From NCBI GenBank assembly GCA_030691625.1, contig JAUYDX010000088.1, positions 1,856 to 65,855 of the forward strand: DNA of 64,000 nt, written 5' to 3'. The position numbers and the translations under genes are program-made. Below the pieces are notes generated by a model that searched no databases, had not been told where the DNA came from, and saw nothing but the letters and a program-made list of their open reading frames with translations. Source of the stretch: Candidatus Omnitrophota bacterium (GTDB taxonomy: Bacteria > Omnitrophota > Gorgyraeia > Gorgyraeales > Gorgyraeaceae). Shown here piece by piece: positions 19,727 to 29,684 of this stretch; position 1 is the first letter of the stretch; every line of letters begins with the position of its first letter.

Positions 19727-20172
19727 AGATAGATATACAGAATCTGCAAAGTATAATCAAGCTTGATAAGGCTAAGATAACAGAGCGCGCAGGCGCGGTG
19801 TTAAGCGCCATGTCAGAACCTGACGCGGAATTGAGCCTGGTTTTCGTGAACGACATGTATATCAGGAATCTGAACTGGAAGTACAGGAGGATAGATTCCG
19901 CCACAGACGTGCTGGCGTTTCCCATGCGGGACTCGAGAGGGCTTTCAGGCTCCATACTGGGAGACGTGGTGATATCCGTGGAGACTGCGAGGCGCGAGGC
20001 AAAAAAACGAAAAAAGGATTTTCAGGAAGAGCTGGATTTATATCTGGCGCACGGCATATTGCATCTTTTAGGCTACGACGACGAAAAGCCAAGAGCAAGA
20101 AAGAAGATGAGAGAGAAGGAGAAAGAGCTCCTCCGTCTATTCCAAAGTTCTCGACTTAGTATTCATATATAG
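19723..20172 (+). CDS. ybeY: endoribonuclease YbeY; last ~10 codons and stop lie inside a family-4 MITE
   Basis: HGILHLLGYDD metal-binding motif; overlaps upstream stop (ATGA). Confidence 0.88.
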   Translation: MKIDIQNLQSIIKLDKAKITERAGAVLSAMSEPDAELSLVFVNDMYIRNLNWKYRRIDSATDVLAFPMRDSRGLSGSILGDVVISVETARREAKKRKKDFQEELDLYLAHGILHLLGYDDEKPRARKKMREKEKELLRLFQSSRLSIHI

Positions 20173-20245
20173 CCACAATGTCCGCTCGAACACTAATATT
20201 CTTCGAGCGGTCACGAAAGCTGGATGTGAGAGCAAAGTCGAGAAA
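20146..20245. mobile_element. family-4 MITE overlapping ybeY 3' end
   Basis: GTTCTCGACT...GTCCGCTCGAACACTAATATTCTTCGAGCGGTCACGAAAGC...AGTCGAGAAA. Confidence 0.8.
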
Positions 20246-20254
20246 ATATATGAG

Positions 20255-20962
20255 GTGGATGTGCAGCAGCAGAGTTTAGTCGAAAGTTTTAACGCGGCCA
20301 TAGAAGGCTTTGTGTATGTGTTTAAGAGCCAGCGCAACATGAGGCTCCATTTTTTAATGGGCCTTTTCGCGCTGCTTTTAGGCGTGCTCCTGAATTTCAC
20401 ATACGTAGAGCTAATGATATTGTGCCTCACTATAGCGTTTGTGCTTTTCGCGGAGATGTTCAATACAGCCATAGAGTATACAGTGAACCTGGTGAGCCAG
20501 GAATACAATCCTCTCGCCAGGATAGTGAAGGATATAGGCGCCGGAGCTGTTTTATTGAGCTCAATGGCAGCAATAGTGGTAGGGTATATCTTATTTGCCT
20601 CCAGGGCAGGAATAAGGATAGAAGACAATATCGCGAAAATAAGGGATTCCAGCTGGCACATAACGTTTATAGTGCTTATCCTGATCCTGGCTATAGTGGT
20701 TTTAAGCAAGATATTTTTGCAGAGAGGCACTCCTCTTAGAGGCGGTATGCCCAGCGGCCACAGCGCCGTGGCGTTTTCCATATGGGCTATTATCTCGCTT
20801 TTATATCCCAGCGGGCTCGTGATCTTCCTGGTGTTTCTCCTGGCCATGCTGGTGGCCAGAAGCAGGGTAAGTTCGCAGGTGCACAGCTTTATGGAGGTTT
20901 TTATAGGCGCTGTTCTTGGGATCCTGACAACAGTGGCCATATTCCAATTTTTGAGGAGATGA
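20255..20962 (+). CDS. diacylglycerol kinase (DgkA) fused to PAP2-like phosphatase domain
   Basis: N-terminal DgkA-like 3-TM region (EGFVYVFKSQRNMRLH...), C-terminal PSGHS...SRVSSQVHS PAP2 motifs. Confidence 0.7.
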   Translation: MDVQQQSLVESFNAAIEGFVYVFKSQRNMRLHFLMGLFALLLGVLLNFTYVELMILCLTIAFVLFAEMFNTAIEYTVNLVSQEYNPLARIVKDIGAGAVLLSSMAAIVVGYILFASRAGIRIEDNIAKIRDSSWHITFIVLILILAIVVLSKIFLQRGTPLRGGMPSGHSAVAFSIWAIISLLYPSGLVIFLVFLLAMLVARSRVSSQVHSFMEVFIGAVLGILTTVAIFQFLRR

Positions 20963-20963
20963 T

Positions 20964-21641
20964 ATGTGGCGTAAATTAAGGGCGTATTTTTTTACAGGGC
21001 TTCTGATAATCGTACCGAGCGTGATCACTTTCTGGGTGCTGTATTTTATAATAGCAAAGCTTAATTTTTTACTACTCGAGCCCCTGACAAAGATTTTTGG
21101 CGCGTGGATACCTGATAGGATTTATCTGGAGATCCTTACGAAGCTGGTAATAGTAATAATAGTAGCGGCATTGCTTGTCTTGATCGGTTTTGCGGGCAAG
21201 GTTATCGTAATAAGAAGGATATTCCGATGGGGGGAGAGAGTTCTTTATAAAGTACCCATAATAAGCCCTATATATAAAAGCATAAGAGATATGTCGAACG
21301 CGTTCTTCTCTGAAAAAAATCCTATTTTCAAGAGAACAGTGCTGATAGAATACCCAAGGAACGGGATATATTCCATAGGTTTTGTTACTTCTGAAGCGGG
21401 CGGCGAGCCGGGCAGAAAGGCAGGGAAAGATGTTGTAAATGTATTTGTGCCGACCTCGCCTACTCCAGGATCGGGTTTCTTTGTAATAGTCCCGAGGGAT
21501 CAGGTTATACAGCTTGACATGAGTGTTACAGATGGAATTAAAATGGTCATATCAGGCGGCGCGGTTGTGCCTGGTTTGAATTATGGCAATACAAAAGACA
21601 GAAGCGATACTGTTAAAAAAGAAGGACTTCAGGGAAACTAG
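20964..21641 (+). CDS. DUF502-family membrane protein
   Basis: two N-terminal TM helices, conserved DUF502-like core; overlaps recO start. Confidence 0.55.
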   Translation: MWRKLRAYFFTGLLIIVPSVITFWVLYFIIAKLNFLLLEPLTKIFGAWIPDRIYLEILTKLVIVIIVAALLVLIGFAGKVIVIRRIFRWGERVLYKVPIISPIYKSIRDMSNAFFSEKNPIFKRTVLIEYPRNGIYSIGFVTSEAGGEPGRKAGKDVVNVFVPTSPTPGSGFFVIVPRDQVIQLDMSVTDGIKMVISGGAVVPGLNYGNTKDRSDTVKKEGLQGN

Positions 21642-22221
21642 CCTCATCCTTACTTTTTTTACAAAAGATTTCGGGAAGATAGACGGCATCATAAAAGGCG
21701 CCAGGGGCGCCAGGCCCAGGGGCGACGCTAACCCGATATTTTTCAGCCTGGACCAGATAGTTTTTTACGAAAAAAAATTTGGAGGCATCTCCATAATCTC
21801 GCAATGCGAGACAGAGGAGGTGTTCCTCAATATATTGAAGGAGTGGGCCAGGGCGTCGTCAGCTTATTACATGCTGGAACTGGCAGACGTATTCACCGAG
21901 CCTGAAGGCAGGTCAGAAGAGGTTTTCGAGGCGCTTTACAGCGGCTTTAAATCCCTAGACAGCGGGAAGGATGCCTCAGGTATAACCAGGCTTTTTGAGA
22001 TAAAATTACTCATGGCGCTTGGTTTCTGGCCTGGCGCGGAATATTTCAAGCTGACCAAAGGCGCGATGTCCAGCGTCATGCATCTTGAAAAAGAACCCTG
22101 GAAAACAGCCTCTAATATAAAACTGGCAAAAGAGGTAAATGGCGAGATCAGGGCTGTTACGGCTAAACTTATCGAAGAAAATCTTGACAGGCCGCTAAAA
22201 ACCGTCAGATTTTTAACTTAA
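21583..22221 (+). CDS. recO: DNA repair protein RecO
   Basis: MAIQKTEAILLKKKDFRETSLIL N-terminal OB fold typical of RecO. Confidence 0.75.
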   Translation: MAIQKTEAILLKKKDFRETSLILTFFTKDFGKIDGIIKGARGARPRGDANPIFFSLDQIVFYEKKFGGISIISQCETEEVFLNILKEWARASSAYYMLELADVFTEPEGRSEEVFEALYSGFKSLDSGKDASGITRLFEIKLLMALGFWPGAEYFKLTKGAMSSVMHLEKEPWKTASNIKLAKEVNGEIRAVTAKLIEENLDRPLKTVRFLT

Positions 22222-22262
22222 ACCTCGTAGGTTGCCGTAGGCAACCTACGAGGTTGTGGTGG
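22222..22262. repeat. family-2 palindrome between recO stop and glyQ start
   Basis: ACCTCGTAGGTTGCC-GTAG-GCAACCTACGAGGTT + GTGGTGG. Confidence 0.9.
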
Positions 22263-22267
22263 TTTCT

Positions 22268-23113
22268 ATGAAAAAACTATCTTTTCAAGAAGTTGTGGAG
22301 AAGCTGAATAAGTTCTGGGCTGATAAGGGGTGTCTGATTGTCGAGCCGCTGGATACAGAGGTGGGCGCAGGCACTTTTCATCCAGCCACTTTTTTTAAAT
22401 CCCTTGGGAAAGACCCGTGGAGGGTGGCGTATGTCCAGCCTTCAAGGCGGCCGTGCGACGGAAGATACGCGGATAATCCTTTAAGGCTTCAGCATTATTA
22501 TCAGTATCAGGTGGTCATAAAGCCGACAGTCCCTGACATAAGAAAAATCTATCTGGACAGCCTCAAATACCTGGGTATAAATTTAAAGGCCCATGAGGTG
22601 AGATTTGTGGAAGACGACTGGGAATCTCCCACGCTGGGAGCGTCAGGACTGGGCTGGGAAGTCTGGCTGGACAGCCTGGAGATCACGCAGTTTACTTATT
22701 TTCAGCAGGTGGCAGGCATAGAGCTGGACATGGTGCCGTGCGAAATCACTTACGGGCTCGAACGCATATGCATGTTTATCCAGGAGAAATTCAATCTGTT
22801 TGACCTGGAGTGGCATAAGGGCGTGACCTACGGAGATATTCACAGGCGCCACGAACTGGAATATTCAAAATATAATTTCGAGGAAGCTGACATAGAGATG
22901 TATTTAAAGATGTTTGAATGGTTCGAGAAAGAGGCGAATAGGCTGGCGGATAAAGGCCTGGCGTATCCCGCGTACAGTTTCGCGCTCAAAGCGTCTCACG
23001 CGTTCAACGTGCTGGACGCGAGAGGCGCGATAAGCCAGAACGAGAGGCCGCGTTATATCGCGAGGGTGCGCGGACTTGCCAAACGCTGCGCCGAGACATA
23101 CCTTCAATCATAA
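22268..23113 (+). CDS. glyQ: glycyl-tRNA synthetase alpha subunit
   Basis: highly conserved GlyQ sequence ([16 protein letters not shown]...); start codon 6 nt after GGTGG provided by family-2 palindrome. Confidence 0.95.
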   Translation: MKKLSFQEVVEKLNKFWADKGCLIVEPLDTEVGAGTFHPATFFKSLGKDPWRVAYVQPSRRPCDGRYADNPLRLQHYYQYQVVIKPTVPDIRKIYLDSLKYLGINLKAHEVRFVEDDWESPTLGASGLGWEVWLDSLEITQFTYFQQVAGIELDMVPCEITYGLERICMFIQEKFNLFDLEWHKGVTYGDIHRRHELEYSKYNFEEADIEMYLKMFEWFEKEANRLADKGLAYPAYSFALKASHAFNVLDARGAISQNERPRYIARVRGLAKRCAETYLQS

Positions 23114-23156
23114 ACAACTTGACACTTGTGACATTGTTATAAGTGTCAAGTTGTTT
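23112..23156. repeat. family-1 palindrome copy H, between glyQ stop and glyS
   Basis: inverted repeat beginning at the glyQ TAA. Confidence 0.9.
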
Positions 23157-23172
23157 GGGGATGGGGAGTAGT

Positions 23173-25221
23173 ATGACGGATTTTTTGCTGGAGATAAATG
23201 TGGAAGAGCTGCCTTGCGGTTATGTGAGGCCTGGCCTGGATAGATTAAGGAGCGCGTTTTCCGAAAAGCTCAAGCTAAACCGCATAGCTCATGGCGAGAT
23301 ATATAGTTTCGGGACAGCAGGCGCGCTTGTTTGTTATATAAAGGATATGGCGTTGAAACAGGAGGAGCTCATCGAGGAAGTGAGCGGCCCGCCAAAAAGG
23401 GTGGCGTTTGATGAAAATAACAATGTCACGGCTCAGGGCGCTGGTTTTGCGAAAAATCAGGGCGTGGACGTAAAAGACCTGCAGGTAAAATCAACGCCTA
23501 AAGGCGAGTACGTATTCATTGTCAGAAAAATAAAGGCAAGGCCGGCAAAAGAAATCCTGGCAAGCCTGGTTCCTGAAATTATAAAATCCCTCACTTTTCC
23601 AAAGACAATGAAATGGGACAGCTCAGGCCTGAGATTCGCAAGGCCTATAGAGTCTATATTGGTTTTACTGGACAAGGAAAATATAAATATCAAAATGGGA
23701 AACGCGCCTGCCAAAATTATTAAAGGCGTATCAGCGGCCGCGTATCTTAGAAAACTTCAAAAAACCTATATCCTGGACCAGGACAAAAGAAAACAGGAGA
23801 TAGAAAATATGATCGCCTCAGCCCAGAAAAAACTCGGCCTGGACGAGGCAATTGACCAGGCGCTTCTCGAGGAGACGACGTTTCTTGTCAAATCGCCTGT
23901 ATTAATGACAGGGGATTTTGACAAGAAGTTTCTCGCCATACCAAAAGATGTCCTGGCTGCCAGCATGTCAAAGCATCAGAGGATTTTTACGCTTTCCAAA
24001 GGCGGAAAACTCGTGAATAAATTTATCGCCGTGATCGACGGAAAAGGCAGGGATATATCAAAGATGAAAAGGGTCTACGCGAATATCCTGGAGGCCAGGC
24101 TAAAGGACAGCCTGTTTTTTTACAACGAAGACATTAAGAGGCCTCTCGACAGCCAGACCGAAAAATTAAAAGACTCGATTTTTCAAAAGGATTTAGGTAG
24201 TATGTTCGAAAAAATTCAAAGGCTGGAAGAGCTGTCTTTATTTATCGCGGAAAAGCTGGGCATAGACGCTTCAAAAAGAGCAGACATAAAAAGGGCGGCG
24301 CGTCTTTCGAAATCAGACCTGGTAACTCACATGGTAGGCGAATTTCCGAGCCTGCAGGGCGCCATGGGCATGGAATACGCCATTAAAAGCGGAGAAAAAG
24401 AAGCAGCAGCGATAGCCATAAAAGAGCATTATCTGCCTAAGGGCATGGACGATAGCCTCCCATCGACAATAGAAGGCGCTGTGTTAGCGATAACTGACAG
24501 GCTGGACAATATAGTCGGATTTCTGGGAAGCGGCATGGAGCCTAAGGGCAGTTTTGATCCGTTTGGCATCAGGAGAAACACCCAGGGCCTGATCCAGATT
24601 TTAAATAACAGGTGTTTCAGGCTGGACATCACTACGCTGATCAGCAAGGCAATAGAGCTGTATAAAGGCAAGCTCAAGGTGCCGGCCAGCGAGTTAGAGC
24701 AAAAGGCGATCGCCTATATAAAGGAAAGGATAGGATTTCTCGCGCCTGACACAAGGCCGCTGGAATTAAAACAGGCGGTGCTTAAGGCCGGCTGCAATGA
24801 CATTGTGGCTGTATTTAAAAGGGTGGAGGCGCTTTCAGAGATAAGCGCTGAAAAATATTTTTTAAAGGCGGCCAAGGTATGCGAAAGGACGAGCAATATC
24901 CTGAAAGGCGCCAGGGGAGAAAAAATAGGCTCAGTGGACCAGGCCCTTTTAAAGGAGGATCTGGAAAAAGAGGTATGGAAGCTATACTCAGCCAATAGCG
25001 AAACGATACGAGATTTGATAAAAAAAGAAAGATACAAAGAGGCCACCAGGGTGTATGGAGAGGCGTTTTTCGAAGCCCTGCATAAATTTTTCGACAACGT
25101 TCTTGTGAACGCGGAAGATAAGGCCTTGAGGCAGAACAGGCTTGCGATGATGCATGCTATAAACAGGCTATATACGGATGATGTAGCTGATCTGGCAATG
25201 TTGCCGCAGATAGTAGTTTAA
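23173..25221 (+). CDS. glyS: glycyl-tRNA synthetase beta subunit
   Basis: GlyS family, follows glyQ. Confidence 0.9.
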   Translation: MTDFLLEINVEELPCGYVRPGLDRLRSAFSEKLKLNRIAHGEIYSFGTAGALVCYIKDMALKQEELIEEVSGPPKRVAFDENNNVTAQGAGFAKNQGVDVKDLQVKSTPKGEYVFIVRKIKARPAKEILASLVPEIIKSLTFPKTMKWDSSGLRFARPIESILVLLDKENINIKMGNAPAKIIKGVSAAAYLRKLQKTYILDQDKRKQEIENMIASAQKKLGLDEAIDQALLEETTFLVKSPVLMTGDFDKKFLAIPKDVLAASMSKHQRIFTLSKGGKLVNKFIAVIDGKGRDISKMKRVYANILEARLKDSLFFYNEDIKRPLDSQTEKLKDSIFQKDLGSMFEKIQRLEELSLFIAEKLGIDASKRADIKRAARLSKSDLVTHMVGEFPSLQGAMGMEYAIKSGEKEAAAIAIKEHYLPKGMDDSLPSTIEGAVLAITDRLDNIVGFLGSGMEPKGSFDPFGIRRNTQGLIQILNNRCFRLDITTLISKAIELYKGKLKVPASELEQKAIAYIKERIGFLAPDTRPLELKQAVLKAGCNDIVAVFKRVEALSEISAEKYFLKAAKVCERTSNILKGARGEKIGSVDQALLKEDLEKEVWKLYSANSETIRDLIKKERYKEATRVYGEAFFEALHKFFDNVLVNAEDKALRQNRLAMMHAINRLYTDDVADLAMLPQIVV

Positions 25222-25222
25222 C

Positions 25223-25265
25223 TTTGGTGCCAGGCACCGTGCCAGGCACGGTGCCTGGCACCAAA
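25223..25265. repeat. family-3 palindrome with duplicated arm
   Basis: TTTGGTGCCAGGCACCGTGCCAGGCACGGTGCCTGGCACCAAA. Confidence 0.9.
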
Positions 25266-25288
25266 TGAGAAAGGAAGGCAGTAGCAAA

Positions 25289-28015
25289 ATGGGCAAGATG
25301 GTTTACTTCTTTGGCGGTGGAAAGGCGGACGGAAAAGAGAGCATGAAAAATCTCTTAGGGGGAAAGGGCGCTAACCTGGCTGAAATGGCGGGCCATAAGG
25401 ATTTAAGGCTGCCCGTGCCTCCCGGTTTTACAATAACTACAGAGGTGTGCGCTTATTATTATCAGAATAAAGGCAGATACCCGAAGGCCCTGAAAGAAGA
25501 GGTTGAGAAAAATCTGGCAAAGGTGGAAAAATTAATGGCTAAGGGCTTTGGCGACACAATGAACCCGCTCCTGGTTTCTGTGCGTTCCGGCGCGCGCAAA
25601 TCAATGCCGGGCATGATGGAGACAGTTTTAAACGTAGGCCTGACTGAAAAAACAATACCAGGACTCATAAAACAGACAGGCAACGAGAGGTTTGTTTACG
25701 ACGCGTACAGGCGGCTCATAATGATGTATTCAGACGTTGTCATGGAAAAGGCAGCCGGAGTGGAACCTGAAGGCGACATGGGTATACGTAAACAGCTTGA
25801 GAAGATAATGAGCGCTGTAAAACAGAAAAAGGGAGCGAAGAGCGACACTGATCTGAACGCGGCGGACCTTAAGAAACTCTGCGGTGATTTCAAGAAAAAG
25901 ATAAAAGAGGCGCTTGGCAAGGATTTCCCGGATGATCATTATGAACAGCTCTGGGGCGGCATAAGCGCTGTATTCGCGTCGTGGAATGGCAAGCGCGCCA
26001 TATCTTACAGGAGGATAGAGAACATACCTCACGAGTGGGGCACTGCTGTGAATGTGCAGACAATGGTGTTCGGCAACATGGGCAATGACTCAGCCACAGG
26101 CGTGGCGTTTACCAGAAATCCCGGCAACGGCGAAAATGATTTTTACGGCGAGTATCTCGTGAACGCGCAGGGAGAAGATGTGGTTGCGGGCATCAGGACC
26201 CCTGCCCCGATAAACGCGTATTCCGCGAGCGAACACAATAAAGAGCTTGTAAGGCTTGAAAAATTCATGCCTGATATTTACAAAGAACTTTGCGGCATAA
26301 GAAAGAGATTGGAAAAACATTACAGGGACATGCAGGATATTGAGTTTACCATTGAAAAGGGAAAGCTTTTTATGCTCCAGTGCCGCTCAGGAAAAAGGAA
26401 CGGGCCGGCCGCGGTAAGGATGGCCGTGGACATGATAAAGGAAAAACTCATAGACGCTAAAACAGCTGTTATGAGGGTTACCCCGGATCAGATGGATGAA
26501 TTACTGCATCCTATAATAGACCCTAAAGCAGAGAAGGCGACTAAGCCGGTCGCGAAAGGTTTGCCTGCAGGCCCCGGAGGCGCGGTGGGCCAGGCGGTGT
26601 TCACAGCCGAAGACTCTGTCAAGTGGAAGAAAGACGGCAAAAAGACAATACTTGTGCGCGAAGAGACGAATCCTGAAGACGTTGAGGGTATGAGGGCGTC
26701 TGAAGCGATACTTACAGTGAGGGGCGGAATGACTTCTCACGCCGCGCTTGTCGCGAGGGGCTGGGGCAAGTGCTGTATCGTGGGGTGCGGCAGTATAACA
26801 GTTGACCTGGAGGCGAAGGAATTTTCCGTCGGAGGAAAGACCTTCAAGGAAGGCGACTGGATTACGCTTAACGGCACAAAAGGTTATGTGTATGAAGGAA
26901 AACTTTCTATGATGGACGCGACAGAAGAAAATGATATACTGAGCCAGTTTCTCAAGACGTGCGATTCTGTCAGAAAACTGAAAATCAGGACCAACGCTGA
27001 CACGCCGCAGGACGCGAAGAAGGCAAGGTCGTTCGGAGCCGAGGGCATCGGCCTTTTCAGGACAGAGCACATGTTTTACGGCAAGGGTTCGGAAGAGCCT
27101 TTGTTTAAATTAAGAAAGATGATTGTTTCCAAGACAGTGGAGGAGAGAAAGGCGGCTCTGGCTGAACTTTTTGTTCACGTGAAGAGCGACATAAAGGGCA
27201 CACTTGAGGCCATGGAAGGATATCCTGTTACAATAAGGCTTCTGGACCCGCCGCTTCATGAGTTTGTGCCGCACGAAGAGGCAAAATTAAAAGAGCTGGC
27301 AGAGAGCCTGAATATCTCAATGGAAGAGCTGGAAAAGAGGGCTTCGAACCTGCGCGAGTCAAATCCTATGATGGGGCACCGCGGTGTAAGGCTCGGGGTC
27401 ACGTATCCTGAAGTCACTGAGATGCAGGTCCGCGCCATACTTGAATCAGCAGTCGAACTTATCCAGGCGGGGAAAAAGATTTCGCCTGAGATAATGATAC
27501 CTGTGGTGTGCGACAAGAACGAACTGGTGAATCAAAAGGATATCGTAGACAGGGTTTATCAGGAGGTGACCAGTAAATATAAGGTAAAGAAACTGCCTTA
27601 CATGTTCGGCACCATGATAGAAATACCCAGGGCCGCGATAATGGCCGGCCGCATAGCGGAAAGCGCTGAGTTCTTTTCTTTCGGCACCAATGACCTCACC
27701 CAGATGAGTTTTGGTTTTTCAAGGGACGATATGGGCGGGTTCATAGGCGATTACCTGGAAAAAAATATTCTTCCAGCGGATCCGTTCCAGACCATTGATC
27801 AGGACGGGGTGGGAGAGCTGATAAAGATCGCTATTGAGCGCGGAAGAAAAACGCGGAAGGATCTGAAAATAGGGATTTGCGGAGAGCACGGCGGGGAACC
27901 GAAGTCAGTGGAGTTCTGCCACAAGGCCGGTATGAATTACGTGAGCTGTTCGCCGTTCAGGGTGCCGATCGCGAGATTAGCCGCGGCCCAGGCAGTGGCA
28001 AAGGAAATAAAATAA
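25289..28015 (+). CDS. ppdK: pyruvate, phosphate dikinase
   Basis: MGKMVYFFGGGKADG..., catalytic His region GGMTSHAALVARGWGKCC, PEP-utilizing C-terminal domain. Confidence 0.95.
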   Translation: MGKMVYFFGGGKADGKESMKNLLGGKGANLAEMAGHKDLRLPVPPGFTITTEVCAYYYQNKGRYPKALKEEVEKNLAKVEKLMAKGFGDTMNPLLVSVRSGARKSMPGMMETVLNVGLTEKTIPGLIKQTGNERFVYDAYRRLIMMYSDVVMEKAAGVEPEGDMGIRKQLEKIMSAVKQKKGAKSDTDLNAADLKKLCGDFKKKIKEALGKDFPDDHYEQLWGGISAVFASWNGKRAISYRRIENIPHEWGTAVNVQTMVFGNMGNDSATGVAFTRNPGNGENDFYGEYLVNAQGEDVVAGIRTPAPINAYSASEHNKELVRLEKFMPDIYKELCGIRKRLEKHYRDMQDIEFTIEKGKLFMLQCRSGKRNGPAAVRMAVDMIKEKLIDAKTAVMRVTPDQMDELLHPIIDPKAEKATKPVAKGLPAGPGGAVGQAVFTAEDSVKWKKDGKKTILVREETNPEDVEGMRASEAILTVRGGMTSHAALVARGWGKCCIVGCGSITVDLEAKEFSVGGKTFKEGDWITLNGTKGYVYEGKLSMMDATEENDILSQFLKTCDSVRKLKIRTNADTPQDAKKARSFGAEGIGLFRTEHMFYGKGSEEPLFKLRKMIVSKTVEERKAALAELFVHVKSDIKGTLEAMEGYPVTIRLLDPPLHEFVPHEEAKLKELAESLNISMEELEKRASNLRESNPMMGHRGVRLGVTYPEVTEMQVRAILESAVELIQAGKKISPEIMIPVVCDKNELVNQKDIVDRVYQEVTSKYKVKKLPYMFGTMIEIPRAAIMAGRIAESAEFFSFGTNDLTQMSFGFSRDDMGGFIGDYLEKNILPADPFQTIDQDGVGELIKIAIERGRKTRKDLKIGICGEHGGEPKSVEFCHKAGMNYVSCSPFRVPIARLAAAQAVAKEIK

Positions 28016-28021
28016 AAACTG

Positions 28022-28061
28022 TTTGGTGCCTGGCACCATTTTAAAAGGTGCCAGGCACCAA
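28022..28061. repeat. family-3 palindrome
   Basis: TTTGGTGCCTGGCACC-ATTTTAAAA-GGTGCCAGGCACCAA. Confidence 0.9.
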
Positions 28062-28068
28062 TAAAATT

Positions 28069-28890
28069 ATGGACGCTATAAAATTATATCTCAAGGCAAT
28101 AAAGGATACGCCGTTATTGACAGCTGCGGAAGAAATTTCCCTGGCTAAAAAAGTCAGGGCAGGCAATGTCCACGCCCAGAAAAGGATGATACAATCCAAT
28201 CTGAGGCTCGTGGTAAATATTGCCAAGAGATATTCCAAGCTTGGCGTTCCCATGATGGACCTTATAGAGGAGGGGAATCTGGGCCTTATGAAGGCGGTGA
28301 AAAAATACAACCCTCATAAAGGCTACAGGTTTTCCACATATGCCGCGTGGTGGATAAAGCAGTACATCACAAGGGCCATTGCCAACCAGGGCAAGACCAT
28401 CAGGATACCTGTTTACATGACAGAGATCATTAACAGGTGGAAAAGGGTGACTGAGCATCTGACGCAGAAATACGGAAGGAAGCCGAAGACAAAAGAGGTG
28501 GCAAAGCTTATGAGACTGCCTATGAGAAAGATCAGGGAGATAAGCGAGACAGCCACCAAGATCTCCTCGCTTGACGCCCCTATCGGCGAAGAAGGCACGG
28601 GCCAGTTTATTGACCTCATAGAAGACGCCTCGAGCATTTCTCCGACAGACAATGTGACTGACAGCCTCCGCCGCGAAAGGGTGGTCCAGCTTTTGGACAG
28701 GATGAACGAGCGCGAGAAAAAAATACTGGACCTCAGGTTTGGCCTGACTGACGGAACTACTCATACGCTGGGCGAGACAGCGAAGATGTTCGGCATCACG
28801 AGAGAAAGGGTCAGGCAGATAGAAAGCGCGGCGCTGGAAAAATTAAGGCAATACATCATGCAGCAGACAGGGGAAATGGGGGAATACTAA
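28069..28890 (+). CDS. sigma-70 family RNA polymerase sigma factor (short; regions 2-4 only)
   Basis: region 2.4 YAAWWIKQYITRAI, region 4 helix-turn-helix TLGETAKMFGITRERVRQIES. Confidence 0.85.
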   Translation: MDAIKLYLKAIKDTPLLTAAEEISLAKKVRAGNVHAQKRMIQSNLRLVVNIAKRYSKLGVPMMDLIEEGNLGLMKAVKKYNPHKGYRFSTYAAWWIKQYITRAIANQGKTIRIPVYMTEIINRWKRVTEHLTQKYGRKPKTKEVAKLMRLPMRKIREISETATKISSLDAPIGEEGTGQFIDLIEDASSISPTDNVTDSLRRERVVQLLDRMNEREKKILDLRFGLTDGTTHTLGETAKMFGITRERVRQIESAALEKLRQYIMQQTGEMGEY

Positions 28891-29405
28891 TGGACGACTT
28901 AAAGAAATATATCCGCAATATCCAGGATTTTCCTAAGAAAGGCATTCTTTTCAGGGACATTACCACGCTGATCGGGAATAAAGAAAAATTCAGAGAGGTA
29001 ATAGACGCGCTGGCTGAAAGATATTCCGGCAAAAAAATAGACGCGGTTATTGCCATTGAATCGCGCGGTTTTATTTTCGGCGCGGCCCTGGCTTATAAAT
29101 TAGGAGCCGGTTTTGTGCTGGTGAGAAAAAAAGGGAAACTTCCTTATAAGACAATCCAGGCGGCATATTCCCTGGAATACGGCGAAGATACGCTCGAGAT
29201 GCACCAGGACGCCATAGCGCCTGGCGCAAGGGTATTGCTCATAGATGATTTGCTGGCAACGGGCGGTACCATGGCCGCGGTGACAGGCCTTGTGAAAAAA
29301 TTAAAAGGCGAGATCGCGGAGATCGCGTTTATCATAGAGCTGAAGGACCTGAAAGGCCGCTCCAAGCTCAAAGATTTCCCGGTCTATTCCATGATCCAAT
29401 ATTAA
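28890..29405 (+). CDS. apt: adenine phosphoribosyltransferase
   Basis: PRTase motif VLLIDDLLATGGT, Apt length. Confidence 0.9.
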   Translation: MDDLKKYIRNIQDFPKKGILFRDITTLIGNKEKFREVIDALAERYSGKKIDAVIAIESRGFIFGAALAYKLGAGFVLVRKKGKLPYKTIQAAYSLEYGEDTLEMHQDAIAPGARVLLIDDLLATGGTMAAVTGLVKKLKGEIAEIAFIIELKDLKGRSKLKDFPVYSMIQY

Positions 29406-29424
29406 GTCGTAGAGCTTATGCAGG

Positions 29425-29526
29425 AGTTCTCGACTAGGCTTGCATTTTAAGATTACTGCGTCCGCTCGAACAATAATATTCTTCGAGCGGCCCCGGGAGC
29501 GGGATACGTAAGCAGAGTCGAGAACT
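29425..29526. mobile_element. family-4 MITE between apt and tRNA-Arg
   Basis: GTTCTCGACT...CGCTCGAACAATAATATTCTTCGAGCGG...AGTCGAGAAC. Confidence 0.8.
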
Positions 29527-29548
29527 AATTACGGAACTGCGCGGAAGA

Positions 29549-29625
29549 TGTCCCAGTAGCTCAGATGGATAGAGCACAGGTTTCCTAAACCTGGGGTCGG
29601 GCGTTCGAATCGCCCCTGGGACGCC
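29549..29625 (+). tRNA. tRNA-Arg (anticodon CCT)
   Basis: manual fold: acceptor GTCCCAG/CTGGGAC, D-arm GCTC..GAGC, anticodon stem CAGGT/ACCTG with loop TTCCTAA, T-arm GGGCG-TTCGAAT-CGCCC, discriminator G, encoded CCA. Confidence 0.88.
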
Positions 29626-29670
29626 AAACAACCTTACACTTGTGACATTGTTATAAGTGTCAAGTTGTTT
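29625..29670. repeat. family-1 palindrome copy I, abutting the CCA end of tRNA-Arg
   Basis: inverted repeat starting at the final A of the tRNA CCA. Confidence 0.9.
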
Positions 29671-29684
29671 GAGGGGGATGAGAA

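Noticed and set aside
28114-28764. Long antisense ORFs inside conserved genes (e.g. 28114-28764, 20137-20940, 11452-12048, 26501-27070, 56007-56600, 59796-60404, 60673-61143)
   Set aside because: They lie entirely opposite well-conserved housekeeping genes, have no RBS or recognisable domains and atypical composition; likely spurious
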